Made by a program: the position numbers and the translations under genes
The notes under the pieces: generated by a model
Told to the model about the DNA's origin: nothing
Databases searched by the model: none
The model's input: the letters and a program-made list of their open reading frames with translations, nothing else
Shown here: positions 9,108 to 18,553 of the stretch, in pieces
Position numbering within the stretch: the first letter of the stretch is position 1
Layout: each line of letters starts with the position of its first letter
Source of the DNA: Pseudomonadota bacterium
GTDB taxonomy: Bacteria > Pseudomonadota > Alphaproteobacteria > Reyranellales > Reyranellaceae
NCBI GenBank assembly: GCA_020160995.1
Contig: JAIUOY010000078.1
Span: 2,151-66,150 of the forward strand
Direction: 5' to 3'
DNA: 64,000 nucleotides

Positions 9108-9839
9108 ATGGCACAGAACATCTACGACAATCCCGACTTCTTCGCCGGCTACAGCCGCCTGCCCCGCCAGGTCGACGGCCTCGACGGCGCGCCGGAATGG
9201 CCGGCCATCCGCCGCCTGCTGCCCGATCCGGCGGCCAAGCGCGTGGCCGATCTCGGCTGCGGCTTCGGCTGGGCGTCGCGCTGGTTTCGCGAGCACGGCG
9301 CGGCGTCGGTCCTGGGCGTCGACCTCTCGCGCAACATGATCGCGCGCGCGAAGGCGGACACGAACGATTCCGCCATCGACTACCGGATCGCCGATCTCGA
9401 CACGCTCGACCTGCCGGCGGCGGCGTTCGATCTGGTCTACAGCGCCCTCACCTTCCACTACGTGCAGGACTTCGCGCGGCTGGTCCGCACCATCCACGCC
9501 GCGCTGGCGCCGGGCGGCGATCTGGTGTTCACCATCGAGCATCCGATCTACATGGCCGCCGTTCATCCGCGCTGGACCTCGGACGAAGACGGCCGCAAGA
9601 CCTGGCCGGTAAACGGCTACGCCCGCGAAGGCGAACGCCGCACCGACTGGTTCGCCCCGGGCGTGCTGAAGCACCACCGCACCGTGGCGACCACGATCAA
9701 CACGCTGATCGATACGGGCTTCGCCTTGCGGCGGATGGAAGAGTTCGCCCCCACGCCCGGCCAGATCGCAGAGAACCCGAAGCTGGCCGAAGAACTCGAA
9801 CGGCCGATGATGCTGCTGGTCTCGGCGCGCAAGACCTGA
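9108..9839 (+). CDS. Class I SAM-dependent methyltransferase
   Basis: VADLGCGFG motif I; LGVDLSRNM; MAQNIYDNPDFF N-terminus. Confidence 0.9.
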   Translation: MAQNIYDNPDFFAGYSRLPRQVDGLDGAPEWPAIRRLLPDPAAKRVADLGCGFGWASRWFREHGAASVLGVDLSRNMIARAKADTNDSAIDYRIADLDTLDLPAAAFDLVYSALTFHYVQDFARLVRTIHAALAPGGDLVFTIEHPIYMAAVHPRWTSDEDGRKTWPVNGYAREGERRTDWFAPGVLKHHRTVATTINTLIDTGFALRRMEEFAPTPGQIAENPKLAEELERPMMLLVSARKT

Positions 9840-9944
9840 CCCCTCCGCCCTGTATGACAGGGCACCTCCCCATTCAAATGGGGAGGTGTCGTCGTCTTAC
9901 GACGACGGAGGGGTCATGCGGTCGGGTCGAGCGCGTCGGGTCGA

Positions 9945-10685
9945 TCAGCCGCCCAGGCCGAGCGCGCGCTTGGCGCTGTCGAACCAGCCTTCGACCGTGC
10001 CCCACCAGCCGCTCTCGGCGTAAACGATGTCGGCGCGGATTTCCTGCTTGAAGTCCGGCGGTGGCTGGAACAGCGCGGCGACCGGCATCTTCCAGGTCAC
10101 GCGGCGTCCGTCCTGGTCCACCACGCCGGTCGTGTTCTCGATCCGGGCCGCCGTTATCGTCACCGTGACGTAGCGGTTGGCCATGGCGGTCTTGAACATC
10201 GCGACGAAGGGATTGTCGCCGGCCGGCTGGGGCTTCTTCGAGTTCGCTTCGATCAGCGCGGCCAGCCGATAGGATGAGTCGCCCAGCCGCTCGAACGTGA
10301 AGGTCTTCAGCTCGAACGGCCCGTCGGGCGGTGTCGCGTCCGGCTTCCATGTCTTGGCGGCCTTCACCGGATCGTCGAGTTCGAGGGAAACGGTGCAGGT
10401 GAGCATGTCGCCGCGGGTGCCGCGCACGCCTTTCACCCAGCGTATGCCGTCGGGCAACGCGCCTCCCGCCGCCGCAGGCCCCTTCTCGCACTCCTTCAGC
10501 GGATCGGCGCCATCCTTGTCTTTCGCCAATCCGGCCATCAGGGCCGCGCCCTGCGCCGAGAATGCGAACTCGACATCGAGCTTGCCCGTGCCGTCCTTGC
10601 GAAAATCGGAATTCGCCGCCATCTCGAAACACCCGCCCAGCGACACGGCGGCAACGACGACCATCAAAGTTTTTATGCAACGCAT
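9945..10685 (-). CDS. LppM/DUF3153-like lipoprotein
   Basis: Lipobox SLGGC; DFRKDGTGKLDVEF and final NTTGVVDQDGRRVTW motifs. Confidence 0.65.
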   Translation of the reverse strand: MRCIKTLMVVVAAVSLGGCFEMAANSDFRKDGTGKLDVEFAFSAQGAALMAGLAKDKDGADPLKECEKGPAAAGGALPDGIRWVKGVRGTRGDMLTCTVSLELDDPVKAAKTWKPDATPPDGPFELKTFTFERLGDSSYRLAALIEANSKKPQPAGDNPFVAMFKTAMANRYVTVTITAARIENTTGVVDQDGRRVTWKMPVAALFQPPPDFKQEIRADIVYAESGWWGTVEGWFDSAKRALGLGG

Positions 10686-10724
10686 GCCGGAACTCCCTCG
10701 CTGGCGACTCTCGTTCGGGATTTA

Positions 10725-10847
10725 CTACCCTGCACCGTCGGCCAGCGCACGCTTCTCGGCATAGAAGTCGATGAAGGCGCGCATCTTGGTCGACAGATGC
10801 GCGCGCGACGGCAGGTAGAGATGAAAGCCCGGGATCGGCGGACACCA
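10725..10847 (-). pseudogene. LysR-type regulator C-terminal remnant
   Basis: WCPPIPGFHLYLPSRAHLSTKMRAFIDF is a typical LysR C-terminus; no N-terminus; abuts the duplicated segment. Confidence 0.75.
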
Positions 10848-10928
10848 CGCCCGACCAGATCGCAGAGAACCCCAACCTCGCCGAAGAACGCGAACGGCCG
10901 ACGAGGCTGCGGGTCTCCGCACGCAAGG

Positions 10929-11047
10929 CATGACCCCTCCGCCCTGTATGACAGGGCACCTCCCCATGTGAATGGGGAGGAGGATGATTCTTCGCCTCCC
11001 CATTCAGATGGGGAGGTGGCGCCGTCTGCGGCGACGGTGGGGTCATG
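10929..11047. repeat. Palindromic repeat family C, composite copy
   Basis: Two CCTCCCCAT...ATGGGGAGG hairpins inside TGACCCC...GGGGTCA ends. Confidence 0.85.
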
Positions 11048-11061
11048 CCGGCGCCCCGTGC

Positions 11062-11943
11062 TCACTCACGCAGCTCCGCCGCCGCGACGGCGAAGATCTC
11101 GTCGGCCGCGCCGACCGCCACGAAATGGCCGGCGCCCTGGACCGGATGCCACACCGCGCCCGGCATGCGGTCGGCCACGTCGCGGTTGATCGAGGCCGCG
11201 ACCAGCCGGTCGTCGGTGCCCTGCCAGAAATGGACGCGGCGTTCGATCTTCGTCACGTCGAAGGGCCAGCGGCGGTAGAGCAGCTCGCTGTCGCGCGCCA
11301 GGCCGTGGCTGCCCTGCGCGAAGCATTCGGCGGACATCAGCTGGAACGCCGTCACGACATTGGGCCGGTCGAGGATCTCGCGGTCGTCGTCGTTCACCGC
11401 CTTGCGGACCTGCGCGGTGAAGAGCTTGCGGAAGCGCGTCGCGCTGAGGCCGAGGGCGGCGTACATCAGGCCGAAGGCCGGCCGGAAGCCCAGCGCCAGC
11501 GCGCCGCCGAACGCATCGGCCCTGGAGAGACGGTCGGCCGCCCAGTTGTCGCCGAACGCGCCGTAGCTGCCGCCGGCAATGCTGGCGACATGGCGCAGCC
11601 GCGCGGGATCGATATAGGCCGCCGCCGCCAGCGCCCACGGCCCGCCTTCCGACCAGCCGGTCACGCCGAACATGCGATGGCCCAGCGCATCGGCGATCGT
11701 CGTCAGGTCGTCGGCCCAGCCGGCGAAGCTGCGCGGCTCCTGCGGGGTCGAGCGGCCGATGCCCGGCCGGTCGGCGCAGACCAGCCGCAGCCGGTGCTTC
11801 GTGGCGGCGTCCACGAACAGCAGCGCTTCGAGCCGGCTGCTCGGTCCGCCGTGATTGTGGATGACGAGCGGGCCCGCGGCATCGCCGACCTCCAGGCAGG
11901 CCAGCGTGCGCCCGTCGCGGGTCGCGATGTCGCGCTGCGCCAC
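11062..11943 (-). CDS. Alpha/beta hydrolase
   Basis: HGGPSS oxyanion motif, GWSEGG nucleophile elbow, WQGTDD and GAGHF catalytic Asp/His. Confidence 0.9.
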   Translation of the reverse strand: MAQRDIATRDGRTLACLEVGDAAGPLVIHNHGGPSSRLEALLFVDAATKHRLRLVCADRPGIGRSTPQEPRSFAGWADDLTTIADALGHRMFGVTGWSEGGPWALAAAAYIDPARLRHVASIAGGSYGAFGDNWAADRLSRADAFGGALALGFRPAFGLMYAALGLSATRFRKLFTAQVRKAVNDDDREILDRPNVVTAFQLMSAECFAQGSHGLARDSELLYRRWPFDVTKIERRVHFWQGTDDRLVAASINRDVADRMPGAVWHPVQGAGHFVAVGAADEIFAVAAAELRE

Positions 11944-11977
11944 CGCCCCCGCCCTCCGCACCCCGGCCCGCGCCCGC

Positions 11978-12361
11978 CTACCCGACGCCCGCGCGCAGCG
12001 CGGCGAGGTAGCGGACGGCCTGTTGCGGCAAGGTCACCGGGCCCTGCGGCGGCGGCGTCATCGAGACGATGCCGTAATGCGCCAGCGTGACGGCCTGCCG
12101 GTCGATATGGGCGATGTGCAGGAATTCGAGATGCTTGATGGTCGGGCCGTTGCAGTCGACGCGGCCGTCGACGATGCCGGTGACGGCCTTCTGGAACGCG
12201 CGGATGGCGGCGTCGGTCAGCGGCCCGACGATGCCGTCGACCACCAGCAGCGGCTCGACCTTGCGCGACTGCCGCCAGTCGTTGAGCAGGAGCTGCACGT
12301 ACTTGGCGTCGGGCGGATGGCTCTTCACCGCCTGGCCGACCGGCCGGGTCAATCTGCTCAT
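11978..12361 (-). CDS. Peptidoglycan-binding domain protein
   Basis: VQLLLN...LVVDGIVGPLTDAAIRAFQ...DGRVD is a PG_binding_1 pattern. Confidence 0.8.
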   Translation of the reverse strand: MSRLTRPVGQAVKSHPPDAKYVQLLLNDWRQSRKVEPLLVVDGIVGPLTDAAIRAFQKAVTGIVDGRVDCNGPTIKHLEFLHIAHIDRQAVTLAHYGIVSMTPPPQGPVTLPQQAVRYLAALRAGVG

Positions 12362-12398
12362 GGCGTCCTCGCGACCGGCTTTCCCGGGATCGACGTAC

Positions 12399-13112
12399 TC
12401 ATGCTTCGGTGTCGCTCGGCGGACCGAACAGGCCGCCGCCCGCGCCGCTCGGCGACAGCCCGCCCAGACCTTTCCCGCGCGTCATGACGAGCAGGATGAG
12501 GCCGAGGAACAGCAGGAAGGCCGCTTCGAGGAACGGCACGCGGATTTCCTGCTTCTGCTTCTGCCGCCGCTTGTAGCAAAGCTCGTAGAGGATCAGCCCG
12601 AGCCCGTGGCGGAACCATTTGAGCTGGATGTCGTAGGTGTCGCCGGCGAACACGATGGGCGCGCCGAACGGCACCGACATGTTGGGGTCGTAGTCGGTGC
12701 CGGGAAAGAACAGCAGCTTGAAGTCGGCGGTGAGCAGCGTGAAGCGCGCGATCTGCGCCACGCCGTCGTTCTCGGCCGACTTGGCCTTGATCTCGTAGAA
12801 CTCGCTCTTCGCCAGCGCGCCGCGGTTGGTGATGATGTCGGGCACGGCGTATTTGCCGGCCTGGTAGCCGTCCAGCATCTGCTTCCTGTTGATCACCCGG
12901 CCGAACGAGTTGCGCGACAGCCAGTCGGTGACGGTGGCCGGGCCGTTGGTGCCGGGATCGACGAAGATGTCGATGGCGCCCGCCGCCGCCGGCTGGGTGC
13001 GGAAGTGGCCGACGATGATGCGCTCGATCTCGCGCTCCATCTGCTGCTGCTCCGCCGGATTGGACCACAGGTCCTTCGGCGACACGCAGTCTCCGTTCGG
13101 GTTCAGCGACAT
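12399..13112 (-). CDS. Putative PD-(D/E)xK (restriction-endonuclease-fold) toxin-like protein with C-terminal hydrophobic helix
   Basis: E...VPDII...EFYEIK...Q motif; AAFLLFLGLILLV segment. Confidence 0.5.
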   Translation of the reverse strand: MSLNPNGDCVSPKDLWSNPAEQQQMEREIERIIVGHFRTQPAAAGAIDIFVDPGTNGPATVTDWLSRNSFGRVINRKQMLDGYQAGKYAVPDIITNRGALAKSEFYEIKAKSAENDGVAQIARFTLLTADFKLLFFPGTDYDPNMSVPFGAPIVFAGDTYDIQLKWFRHGLGLILYELCYKRRQKQKQEIRVPFLEAAFLLFLGLILLVMTRGKGLGGLSPSGAGGGLFGPPSDTEA

Positions 13113-13221
13113 GCGGGCTCTCCTTCACGCGCGTCCTCGCCGTCGATCGGACAGGCGCACGACCGCGCGGTCAACCTGCAGGAACGAGAGTCTCGCCTGC
13201 CGTGTGTCGGCTATCGCACGC

Positions 13222-13356
13222 TCAGGAAAGAAGAACGTAGAGCAGCGCCCACACCAGGAGGACGAGCGTCGATCCGACAACCAGCGGAAAGAAAAGCGAG
13301 TCGACCCCGTCGTCCTCGTGCGCCTGCCGATGCAGCCTGTGACTGTCGAAGATCAT
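13222..13356 (-). CDS. Small single-pass membrane protein (44 aa)
   Basis: LFFPLVVGSTLVLLVWALLYVLL hydrophobic segment; co-oriented with the cluster. Confidence 0.35.
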   Translation of the reverse strand: MIFDSHRLHRQAHEDDGVDSLFFPLVVGSTLVLLVWALLYVLLS

Positions 13357-13567
13357 GTGAACCCCCACACGCCGACGCAGCAAGGCAACCATGCGCCTCG
13401 CCGGCGACCGCGGCAAAGCCTTTGCGCAAAGCGGCGTCGCTTTTCAGAACCGTTGCAAATAGCAGTGCCCGCGAAGCCGGCGCGCGGCACGACTCTTGCT
13501 GCGTGTCGCTCTTCGTCTTGACCCAAGGCCTCACTCTGAGGAGCGAGGGACGTTCGAGTCCCGGTCG

Positions 13568-14863
13568 TCAGGCGCCGCCCGACGGATAGGCGAAGGGGTC
13601 CTTGGTGCCGGAGGGGAACGGCGGCAGGACCGGCGTTTCCGCGACGTGGACGTTGGGACCCTTGCCGAACTGGTTGGCCGGGATCTGCGCGCCCTTGGCG
13701 GCCAGCGTGGTGCCGAAATGCGCCTCGCGGACCAGCGAGGCGAAGGCGTCGGCATTGTGCAGGCGCTGGTTGGAGTTGTTGTTGCGGTAGCGCGCCTCGT
13801 AGGTGTAGCCGAGATCGTCGAGCGTCCAGCCGCCCTGCATGTCGCCGATGAAATGCGCCAGCTCGTGGATCAGCACGTGCGAGCGGTAATCGTCGTGCGA
13901 CTTGTCGAACTCGGGCGTCAGGTAGATGCGGTCGGCATAGTCGGGCGACAGCTTGCCCGGCACCTCGCCGCCGTGCAGCGTGCCCAGCATGCGGTGGCGC
14001 TCGGCCACGCCGCCCAGCCACGTATAGCCGGGATGCCCCGCCACCGCCTGCGGCGTGCGCCACAGCGACACGAAGATGTCGTCGGCCGGCGGCACGCCCG
14101 GAATGACCTTGCCGACGCGGTTGACCAGCGCGATGCCCATGCGGCGGATCATCGTCTCGACCTTCTGCGTCCCGGTGCGCGCGTGGCCGGGGTCCTTCTC
14201 GTGCAGCTTGAAGTGCTTGGCGACCAGCAGGAACTTCAGCCGGTCGGGATCGTCGCGCGCGACGGCGGGCGACGGCAGCCGGCCGGCATAGGCGGTGGCG
14301 CGCGTGGCCACCCGCACGGCGCTCAACGCCGCCTGGTAGCAGGCCGGCAGCAGCACGCTGCGCACGCTGGCATGGCGGATGGCGGCCTTCATGATCGCCT
14401 GCTTGTCGGCGTCGCTGAGGACGGCCGGCTTCGCGGCCTTCGGCGCGCCGACGACAGAAGGACCGGCCACCGCGCCGCCTCCTCCGCCGCCGCCTCCACC
14501 GCCTCCTCCTCCACTGGCGGCCGCGGGGATCGCCGCCGTCAGCGAGGCGCCGACCGCGCGGTTCAACGCCCGCAACGTCGCCTTGTCGGGCTCGATCTTG
14601 CTGTCGCGATAAGGAACCCAGTGCTGCTGGAAGCGCAGGATGGCGTTCTGCGTGCGCGGCCCCGCGATGCCGTCCTCCTTCAGGGGCTCGCCCGGTCCGC
14701 CCAGGGCGGCGACGACGGCGTTCAACGATTCCTGGATGGCGAGAACGTCTTCCTTGCGGTTGGTGCCGGTATAGCCCACCGAGCCGTCGAGGATGACCGC
14801 GCCCGGCAGACGGCAGGGCACACGCGTCTGCCCCATGTCTCCCATCAGGACTCTGAGTTGCAT
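13568..14863 (-). CDS. Peptidoglycan-binding domain + Gly linker + M35-like zinc metallopeptidase
   Basis: LKEDGIAGPRTQNAILRFQQ; poly-Gly linker; LIHELAHF...DDLGY...NADAFA (HExxH plus NAD motif); start uncertain (14836-14863). Confidence 0.7.
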   Translation of the reverse strand: MQLRVLMGDMGQTRVPCRLPGAVILDGSVGYTGTNRKEDVLAIQESLNAVVAALGGPGEPLKEDGIAGPRTQNAILRFQQHWVPYRDSKIEPDKATLRALNRAVGASLTAAIPAAASGGGGGGGGGGGGGAVAGPSVVGAPKAAKPAVLSDADKQAIMKAAIRHASVRSVLLPACYQAALSAVRVATRATAYAGRLPSPAVARDDPDRLKFLLVAKHFKLHEKDPGHARTGTQKVETMIRRMGIALVNRVGKVIPGVPPADDIFVSLWRTPQAVAGHPGYTWLGGVAERHRMLGTLHGGEVPGKLSPDYADRIYLTPEFDKSHDDYRSHVLIHELAHFIGDMQGGWTLDDLGYTYEARYRNNNSNQRLHNADAFASLVREAHFGTTLAAKGAQIPANQFGKGPNVHVAETPVLPPFPSGTKDPFAYPSGGA

Positions 14864-15143
14864 GTCGGACCCCGCTGCCCCCGATGGGACGGACCGATAC
14901 GCTACCACCGCCCGCGGCCGGGTAAAGCAGGACGAGGTGTTAAGCCCGGACCGGACGGCCTGCCCGCCTGCCCGATGGGAAGGAAAGGAGCGGCGCTTCC
15001 GGTTGCGCTCCGTACGAGTGATTCACCTCGTCTGTACTACCTCGGCCATTTCTGGGTGCATGTCGAAAATGTCACGAACGCGCCTACATCTGATCACATT
15101 CTTCTGGAGATAATTCGGACAGCCAGAATCGGGGGGAACTCAC

Positions 15144-15524
15144 ATGGCGATCCCGACGCTCAGTGGAAGCGTTGAGCTGAACGACAAGACGATCGACGCA
15201 GTGATTACCGAAGGGGGAGCGGGCGTTTACATCCTCGGCCCCAACGGCGTGAAGGGCGGCGTGTACGTCCGGCTCGTGGGACGATCCGACGTCAACCTGC
15301 GCGCCCGCCTGAAGCAGCATGTCGGCCGGCATTCGCACTTCGTCTACAGCTACGCCGACTCGCCGCTGGCGGCCTTCCAGGCGGAATGCAGGCTCTACCA
15401 CTATTACGATCCCAGCGAGAATGCCGGCCATCCGGTGCGGCCGCGCAACGCCGACTGGCGCTGCCCGGGCTGCGCTTTGTTCGACGAGCCGCGCCGCTTC
15501 TCGGAGGAGCAGGCCGGCTTCTAG
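15144..15524 (+). CDS. GIY-YIG-like nuclease domain protein
   Basis: GVYIL...VYVRLVGRS..NLRARLKQH...ECRLYH...N; C-terminal CPGC. Confidence 0.7.
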   Translation: MAIPTLSGSVELNDKTIDAVITEGGAGVYILGPNGVKGGVYVRLVGRSDVNLRARLKQHVGRHSHFVYSYADSPLAAFQAECRLYHYYDPSENAGHPVRPRNADWRCPGCALFDEPRRFSEEQAGF

Positions 15525-15775
15525 TGCGGCCGGTCCTTGCGGCCCTTCAGCAGCTCGCGCATGTCGAGCAGCGCGACCAGATAGCCGTGATGCCAGTAGG
15601 CGCGCTCCGACGTGTCGGCGTCGAGATGGATCTGCATTTCCGCCGTATCGGGCGCATTCTCCTGCAGCCAGAGCCGCAGCTCGACGATGCGCCGATCGAG
15701 CGTATCGGCCAGGAGCTGTCGTGGATCCTGTCGGCTGCTCGGGCGCGACGGACCCCCGGATCGGCGGGCGCACAT
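15521..15775 (-). CDS. Hypothetical protein
   Basis: HLDADTSERAYWHHGYLVALLD looks like a conserved small-protein motif; start uncertain. Confidence 0.5.
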   Translation of the reverse strand: MCARRSGGPSRPSSRQDPRQLLADTLDRRIVELRLWLQENAPDTAEMQIHLDADTSERAYWHHGYLVALLDMRELLKGRKDRPH

Positions 15776-15923
15776 GGCCCACGACGCTACGCCCTCGCCC
15801 CGGTTCCCGATAGAGAAACGAATTTCCGCTTCTGCAGCGCAGACTTCTCTTGACGTGAATCGCGCCGGGTCGCCGTGCCGCAGGAGTACCCCTTTCGGGT
15901 AGGCCCACCCACAGACAGACGAT

Positions 15924-15967
15924 TCAGAGACAGACGCCTCAGAGACAGACGCCTCAGAGATAGACGG
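15924..15967. repeat. 15-bp tandem repeat TCAGAGACAGACGCC x about 3
   Basis: Units at 15924, 15939 and 15954; the third contains the LRR gene stop. Confidence 0.75.
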
Positions 15968-16610
15968 TGCATCCCCGCGCCTCCAGTCCGGCAAACCATC
16001 CGGGCGGCTCGAAGCCCGCGACCCAGCGCAGGTCGAGCTTGTCGAGCCGCGGCAGCGCCAGCAGGCTTTCCGGCAGGCGCACGACGGGATTGCCGCGCAG
16101 GTCGATCTGGCGAAGTTCGCGCATCGTGCCGACCGACTCGGGCAAGGTCGCCAGCCGGTTGTTGCGCAGGTGCAGTTCGCGCAGCTTGGCCAGCCGCGAG
16201 ATGGAGGCGGGCAGGTCGGCGAAACGGTTGTCGGCGGCGCGCAGCTCGACCAGCCCCGCCATCGCCGTCACCACCTCGGGGAAGGTCTCGAAGTCGTTCT
16301 CGCCGATGTTGAGGTAGCGCAGCCGCTGCAGGCGGCCGAGCGAGCGCGGCAGCGCACGTAGCCGGTTGTCGTGCAGATAGAGGAAGTCGCTCAGCCCGTC
16401 GAGGCGGCCCAGCGACTCCGGCAGTTCCTCCAGCCTGTTGTGGCCGAGATCGAGCATGCGCAGCCGGCCGAGATCGCCCACCTTCTCGGAAATCTCCGCG
16501 AGATCGTTGTCGGCCAGCACCAGCGTCTGCAGGTCGGTGCGCCGCCAGACCTCTTCGGGTACGCGGCCCAGCCGCTGCTTCCACAGCGAGAGATGTTCGG
16601 GTCCGTCCAT
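15954..16610 (-). CDS. Leucine-rich repeat protein
   Basis: Repeated LxxLxLxxNxLxxLPxxI units. Confidence 0.9.
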   Translation of the reverse strand: MDGPEHLSLWKQRLGRVPEEVWRRTDLQTLVLADNDLAEISEKVGDLGRLRMLDLGHNRLEELPESLGRLDGLSDFLYLHDNRLRALPRSLGRLQRLRYLNIGENDFETFPEVVTAMAGLVELRAADNRFADLPASISRLAKLRELHLRNNRLATLPESVGTMRELRQIDLRGNPVVRLPESLLALPRLDKLDLRWVAGFEPPGWFAGLEARGCTVYL

Positions 16611-16681
16611 CGCCGCAGGATGACGGCGCGGCGCGGCAAAGCCAACGCCGCCCTGCCCTCGCCGTCACCCTCGCCGGCCGG

Positions 16682-17101
16682 CTACCCCTTCATCTCGGCC
16701 GGCATGGCCGTCCTGTCGACCGACACCGCCTCGAACACATGGCCGTCGGGATCCTCGAAGGTTCGATTGTAGAGCCAGCCCATGTCCATCGGCGCGCGGA
16801 TGTCGGCCTTGCCGCCGGCCGCGGCCGCCGCCTCGGCGATGGCGTCGACCTGCTCGCGGCTGTCGCGTGTCAGGGCCAGCAGCACCTCGCTCGTCGCATG
16901 GGCGTCGGCGATCTTCTTCGGCGTGAAGGTCGAGAAGTAGTCGCGGGTCAGCAGGTGAAAGGTGATGGTGTCGGACCACACCATGCTCGACGCCTGATGG
17001 TCGCTGAACTGTTCGTTCCTCTCGCACCCGATCGCCTCGTAGAAGCGCGTCGCGGCGGCAAGGTCCTTCACCGGCAGGTTTACGTAGATCGTCTTGGCCA
17101 T
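16682..17101 (-). CDS. VOC/glyoxalase family protein
   Basis: IYVNLPVKDLAAATRFYEAIG...FEDPDGHVFE. Confidence 0.9.
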   Translation of the reverse strand: MAKTIYVNLPVKDLAAATRFYEAIGCERNEQFSDHQASSMVWSDTITFHLLTRDYFSTFTPKKIADAHATSEVLLALTRDSREQVDAIAEAAAAAGGKADIRAPMDMGWLYNRTFEDPDGHVFEAVSVDRTAMPAEMKG

Positions 17102-17154
17102 TGTCCTTCTCCGTTGGATTTCCGGTTTGTCTCGTTTGCGTTTCCGTCCGCCGC

Positions 17155-18378
17155 TCAGAAGACCGGCGACAGCGGTTCGAGGCCGAAGGCGGCGCGGCCC
17201 GCATCCTCCATGGCGGTGCGCTGCAGGGTGATCTGGGCGATGGCGGCGCGGACATCGCGCAGCGCCCGCCCGAAAGGGTGCGCGTCGAACAGCGCGTGGC
17301 CGCCGGCGGCACGGCAGCACAGGTCGACCGCCTCCGCGCTCGCCTCGGCCGCCTGCACGCAGGCGCGCCGCGCACGCTTGCGCTGCGCCGGCTCGATCGC
17401 GCGCCCCGCCAGGATGCTGCGCCAGATCGCGGCGATCGCGTCGTCGAGATAGAGCTTGGCCGACTCGACGAGCGCCTGGGCCTTGGCCACGGCGTATTGC
17501 GCAAAGGCCTGCTGGCGAAGCGGATTGCCGCCGCCAGCCCCGCCCTTCAACCCGCCCTTCACTGCCGCCAGCTGCGTCAGCCCCTCGGTGGCGCCGTGGC
17601 CGATGCCCAGCGCCACGCTGGCGACGGCCGCGCCGAAGAACGCGCCGGGCAGCCGGAACACCGGCGCGGGATGCTTCGGCTTGTCGAGGAACACCCGGAA
17701 GCTCATGTCGGACGGCACGAAGAGACCGTCGACCTCGTAGTCGGTGCTGCCGGTGCCGCGCAGGCCGCTCGCCTGCCAGGTGTCGAGCACGCGGAACGCG
17801 GCGCGCGGCGCCAGCGCCTGGCGGATCTCGGGCGGCTTCCCGGTCGGCGTCTCGTCCCTCCCGCCGGGCGCGGCGACGCGGAAGCCGAAGACCATCCAGC
17901 GCGCCTGCGCCGCGCCGCTGGCCCAGCCCCAGCGGCCGCCGACGCGATAGCCTCCGTCGACGATCTCGCCGTGGCCGAGCGGCGCATAGGCGCCGGCGAT
18001 GCAGGCCGACGCATCGGCGACCATGGCGCGGCTTCGCGCGACCGGGAGATAGCCGACATAGAGTCCGCTGCCCGCACCGATGGCGAGGTTCCACGCGGTC
18101 GAGCCGTCGACGCGCGCGACCTTCTCGACGAGATCGAGATAGGAGAGCGGGTCGACCTCGCCGCCGCCGAGATCGCGCGGCAGGATCAGGCGGTAGACAT
18201 CGTGGCGCCGGAAGGCATCCGCCAGCGCCGGCGGCAGGTGCCGCAGCCGGTCGCCCTCTTCCCGGTGCCGGGCGGCGAGCCCCGCAATGTCGGCCGCCAT
18301 CGCCGCCGGCGCCGACCCTGCCACGGCCGCCCCTGCCGCAACCGCGGCCGCGTGGTCGAAGGTTTCGCGATCGGTCAC
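17155..18378 (-). CDS. Acyl-CoA dehydrogenase-family flavin monooxygenase
   Basis: GGRWGWASG, WQASGLRGTGSTD, GGHALF...FGRALRD motifs; GTG start. Confidence 0.85.
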   Translation of the reverse strand: MTDRETFDHAAAVAAGAAVAGSAPAAMAADIAGLAARHREEGDRLRHLPPALADAFRRHDVYRLILPRDLGGGEVDPLSYLDLVEKVARVDGSTAWNLAIGAGSGLYVGYLPVARSRAMVADASACIAGAYAPLGHGEIVDGGYRVGGRWGWASGAAQARWMVFGFRVAAPGGRDETPTGKPPEIRQALAPRAAFRVLDTWQASGLRGTGSTDYEVDGLFVPSDMSFRVFLDKPKHPAPVFRLPGAFFGAAVASVALGIGHGATEGLTQLAAVKGGLKGGAGGGNPLRQQAFAQYAVAKAQALVESAKLYLDDAIAAIWRSILAGRAIEPAQRKRARRACVQAAEASAEAVDLCCRAAGGHALFDAHPFGRALRDVRAAIAQITLQRTAMEDAGRAAFGLEPLSPVF

Positions 18379-18527
18379 GTCGAGACATCCTCGAACAGGT
18401 CCATGCGGGAGCCCCCGCCGACCGGCGCGACCGGCGCGGGCAAGGCCTTCCGCTGCCATGCGTCCGGTTCGAGAACCGCGGCGCAGAGCTTGCGGAGGGC
18501 GTCGAGAAGGAGGTCGCTCCTGTCCAT
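18375..18527 (-). pseudogene. 50-aa ORF resembling a LuxR-type regulator N-terminus, coupled to the monooxygenase
   Basis: MDRSDLLLDALRKLCAAVLEPDAW...; its TGA overlaps the monooxygenase GTG. Confidence 0.4.
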
Positions 18528-18553
18528 AGGCTCAAGCCCCGAAATCATGGATA

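Larger units (their letters stand above)
9751..10980. repeat. 136-bp direct repeats (9751-9886 and 10845-10980): methyltransferase 3' end plus family C repeat
   Basis: Colinear, no indels, 15 mismatches by hand count (about 89% identity). Confidence 0.9.

Noticed and set aside
9874-11046. ORFs starting MTPPSPQT... or containing VPCHTGRRG and HPEERS peptides
   Set aside because: These are translations of the palindromic repeats joined to shadow frames, except for the three coupled cases listed as findings.
13545-13570. GTTCGAGTCCC resembling a tRNA T-loop
   Set aside because: No canonical T-stem, acceptor stem or anticodon arm; only a 5-bp hairpin beside a partial family A repeat.
1825-15967. 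Short repeat arrays as possible CRISPR
   Set aside because: Units are contiguous without unique spacers, are too short, and no cas genes are present.
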